Below, in pieces: positions 1 to 384 of a stretch of 384 nucleotides of DNA (its first letter is position 1; the number at the start of each line of letters is the position of its first letter). The stretch is from a phage. Under the pieces are notes generated by a model. That model was not told where the DNA came from. It did no database searches and saw nothing but the letters and a program-made list of their open reading frames with translations. The translations under genes and the position numbers were made by a program. Where the stretch lies: sequence record OP360890.1. One strand, given 5' to 3'.

Positions 1-384
1 CTGACGTTCTGATTTACGATATCGAGGATGCGATGAACCACTACGACGTTCGTTCTGAGTACACCTCCCAGTTGGGTGAGTCTCTGGCAATGGCTGCCGA
101 TGGTGCAGTTCTGGCTGAGATTGCTGGCCTGTGTAACTTGGCGAGCGCCTCTAATGAGAACATTGAGGGTCTCGGCACTGCAACGATTATCGAAGCGTCT
201 CAGACCAAGGCTGCTCTGACCGACCAAGTTGCTCTGGGTAAAGAGATTATCGCTGCCTTGACTAAGGCTCGTGCGGCTCTTACCAAGAACTACGTTCCGG
301 CTGCTGACCGCGTATTCTACTGTGACCCAGATAGCTACTCTGCGATTCTGGCAGCACTGATGCCCAACGCCGCCAACTACGCGA
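1..384 (+). CDS. 10: Major capsid protein of a T7-like podophage (homolog of T7 gp10A), internal fragment partial at both ends. Bases 1-2 are the end of an upstream codon, the first complete codon is 3-5, the last complete codon is 381-383, and base 384 begins the next codon.
   Basis: Seen in sequence: the frame starting at base 3 is open for all 127 codons, while the other two + frames hit stops early (tga at 10-12; tga at 2-4 and 56-58). The translation is near-identical to my recollection of T7 gp10A over roughly residues 103-229 (e.g. DVLIYDIEDAMNHYDVRSEYTSQLGESLAMAADGAVLAEIAGLCN, NENIEGLGTAT, KAALTDQVALGKEIIAALTKARAALTKNYVPAADRVFYCDPDSYSAILAALMPNAANYA). Codon usage is strongly biased to E. 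coli major codons (Arg only cgt/cgc, Gly only ggt/ggc, Leu mostly ctg, Asn aac, Tyr tac), consistent with an abundant late structural protein. No alignment was run, so exact identity and source phage are unverified. Confidence 0.93.

Noticed and set aside
24-35. Shine-Dalgarno-like GAGGA (24-28) four nt upstream of an in-frame ATG (33-35), suggesting internal translation initiation
   Set aside because: The ATG encodes the conserved Met in the IEDAMNH motif in the middle of the capsid fold, and GAGGA is simply the Glu-Asp codons. This is most likely coincidental; at most it could cause minor ribosome pausing. There is no evidence of a separate product.
18-201. Restriction sites EcoRV GATATC (18-23), BsaI GGTCTC (168-173) and BsmBI CGTCTC (196-201)
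   Set aside because: These are real in the sequence and relevant for cloning or Golden Gate design, but such hexamers are expected by chance in 384 nt and carry no biological signal. The absence of GATC in the window is likewise not statistically meaningful at this length.
1-384. A novel or undescribed system (defence, toxin, regulatory RNA or similar) hidden in the window
   Set aside because: One well-known capsid reading frame accounts for every base. The other two + frames hit stops early and I see no long antisense open frame (a six-frame translation would confirm). There are no repeat arrays, palindromes or intergenic sequence. Nothing is left unexplained.
1-384. Programmed -1 ribosomal frameshift site that yields the minor capsid protein 10B in T7
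   Set aside because: In T7 the slippery site lies near the 3' end of 10A, around codons 341-343, well downstream of the roughly 103-229 region covered here. No slippery heptamer plus downstream structure is evident in this window.
1-384. Origin from a pET or T7-tag expression vector, or a T7Select display vector
   Set aside because: The T7-tag is only the first 11 codons of gene 10, which are not in this window. The sequence also appears to differ from T7 gene 10 at many synonymous sites and several residues, so it is not vector-derived T7 DNA, pending alignment.
1-384. T7-type promoter (TAATACGACTCACTATAGG-like), RNase III site or transcription terminator
   Set aside because: No match to the 23-bp T7/T3 promoter consensus and no GC-rich hairpin followed by a U-tract. 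This is expected for the interior of gene 10.

Overview
The whole 384-nt window is an internal fragment of a single protein-coding gene on the + strand (reading frame starting at base 3, 127 complete codons, no stop). The translation (DVLIYDIEDAMNHYDVRSEYTSQLGESLAMAADGAVLAEIAGLCNLASASNENIEGLGTATIIEASQTKAALTDQVALGKEIIAALTKARAALTKNYVPAADRVFYCDPDSYSAILAALMPNAANYA) matches, from memory, the central part of the major capsid protein of coliphage T7 (gene 10, gp10A) and its T3/T7-like relatives. It is not T7 itself: there appear to be many synonymous differences and two short patches of amino-acid substitution. Neither gene end, no promoter, terminator, RNA gene, repeat array or mobile element is present. 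I see no evidence of a novel biological system here; this is an ordinary, highly expressed phage structural gene. The only points worth a second look are the localized variable patch and a codon-diversified tri-repeat of an AALT motif. All homology statements rest on recollection and need an alignment to confirm.
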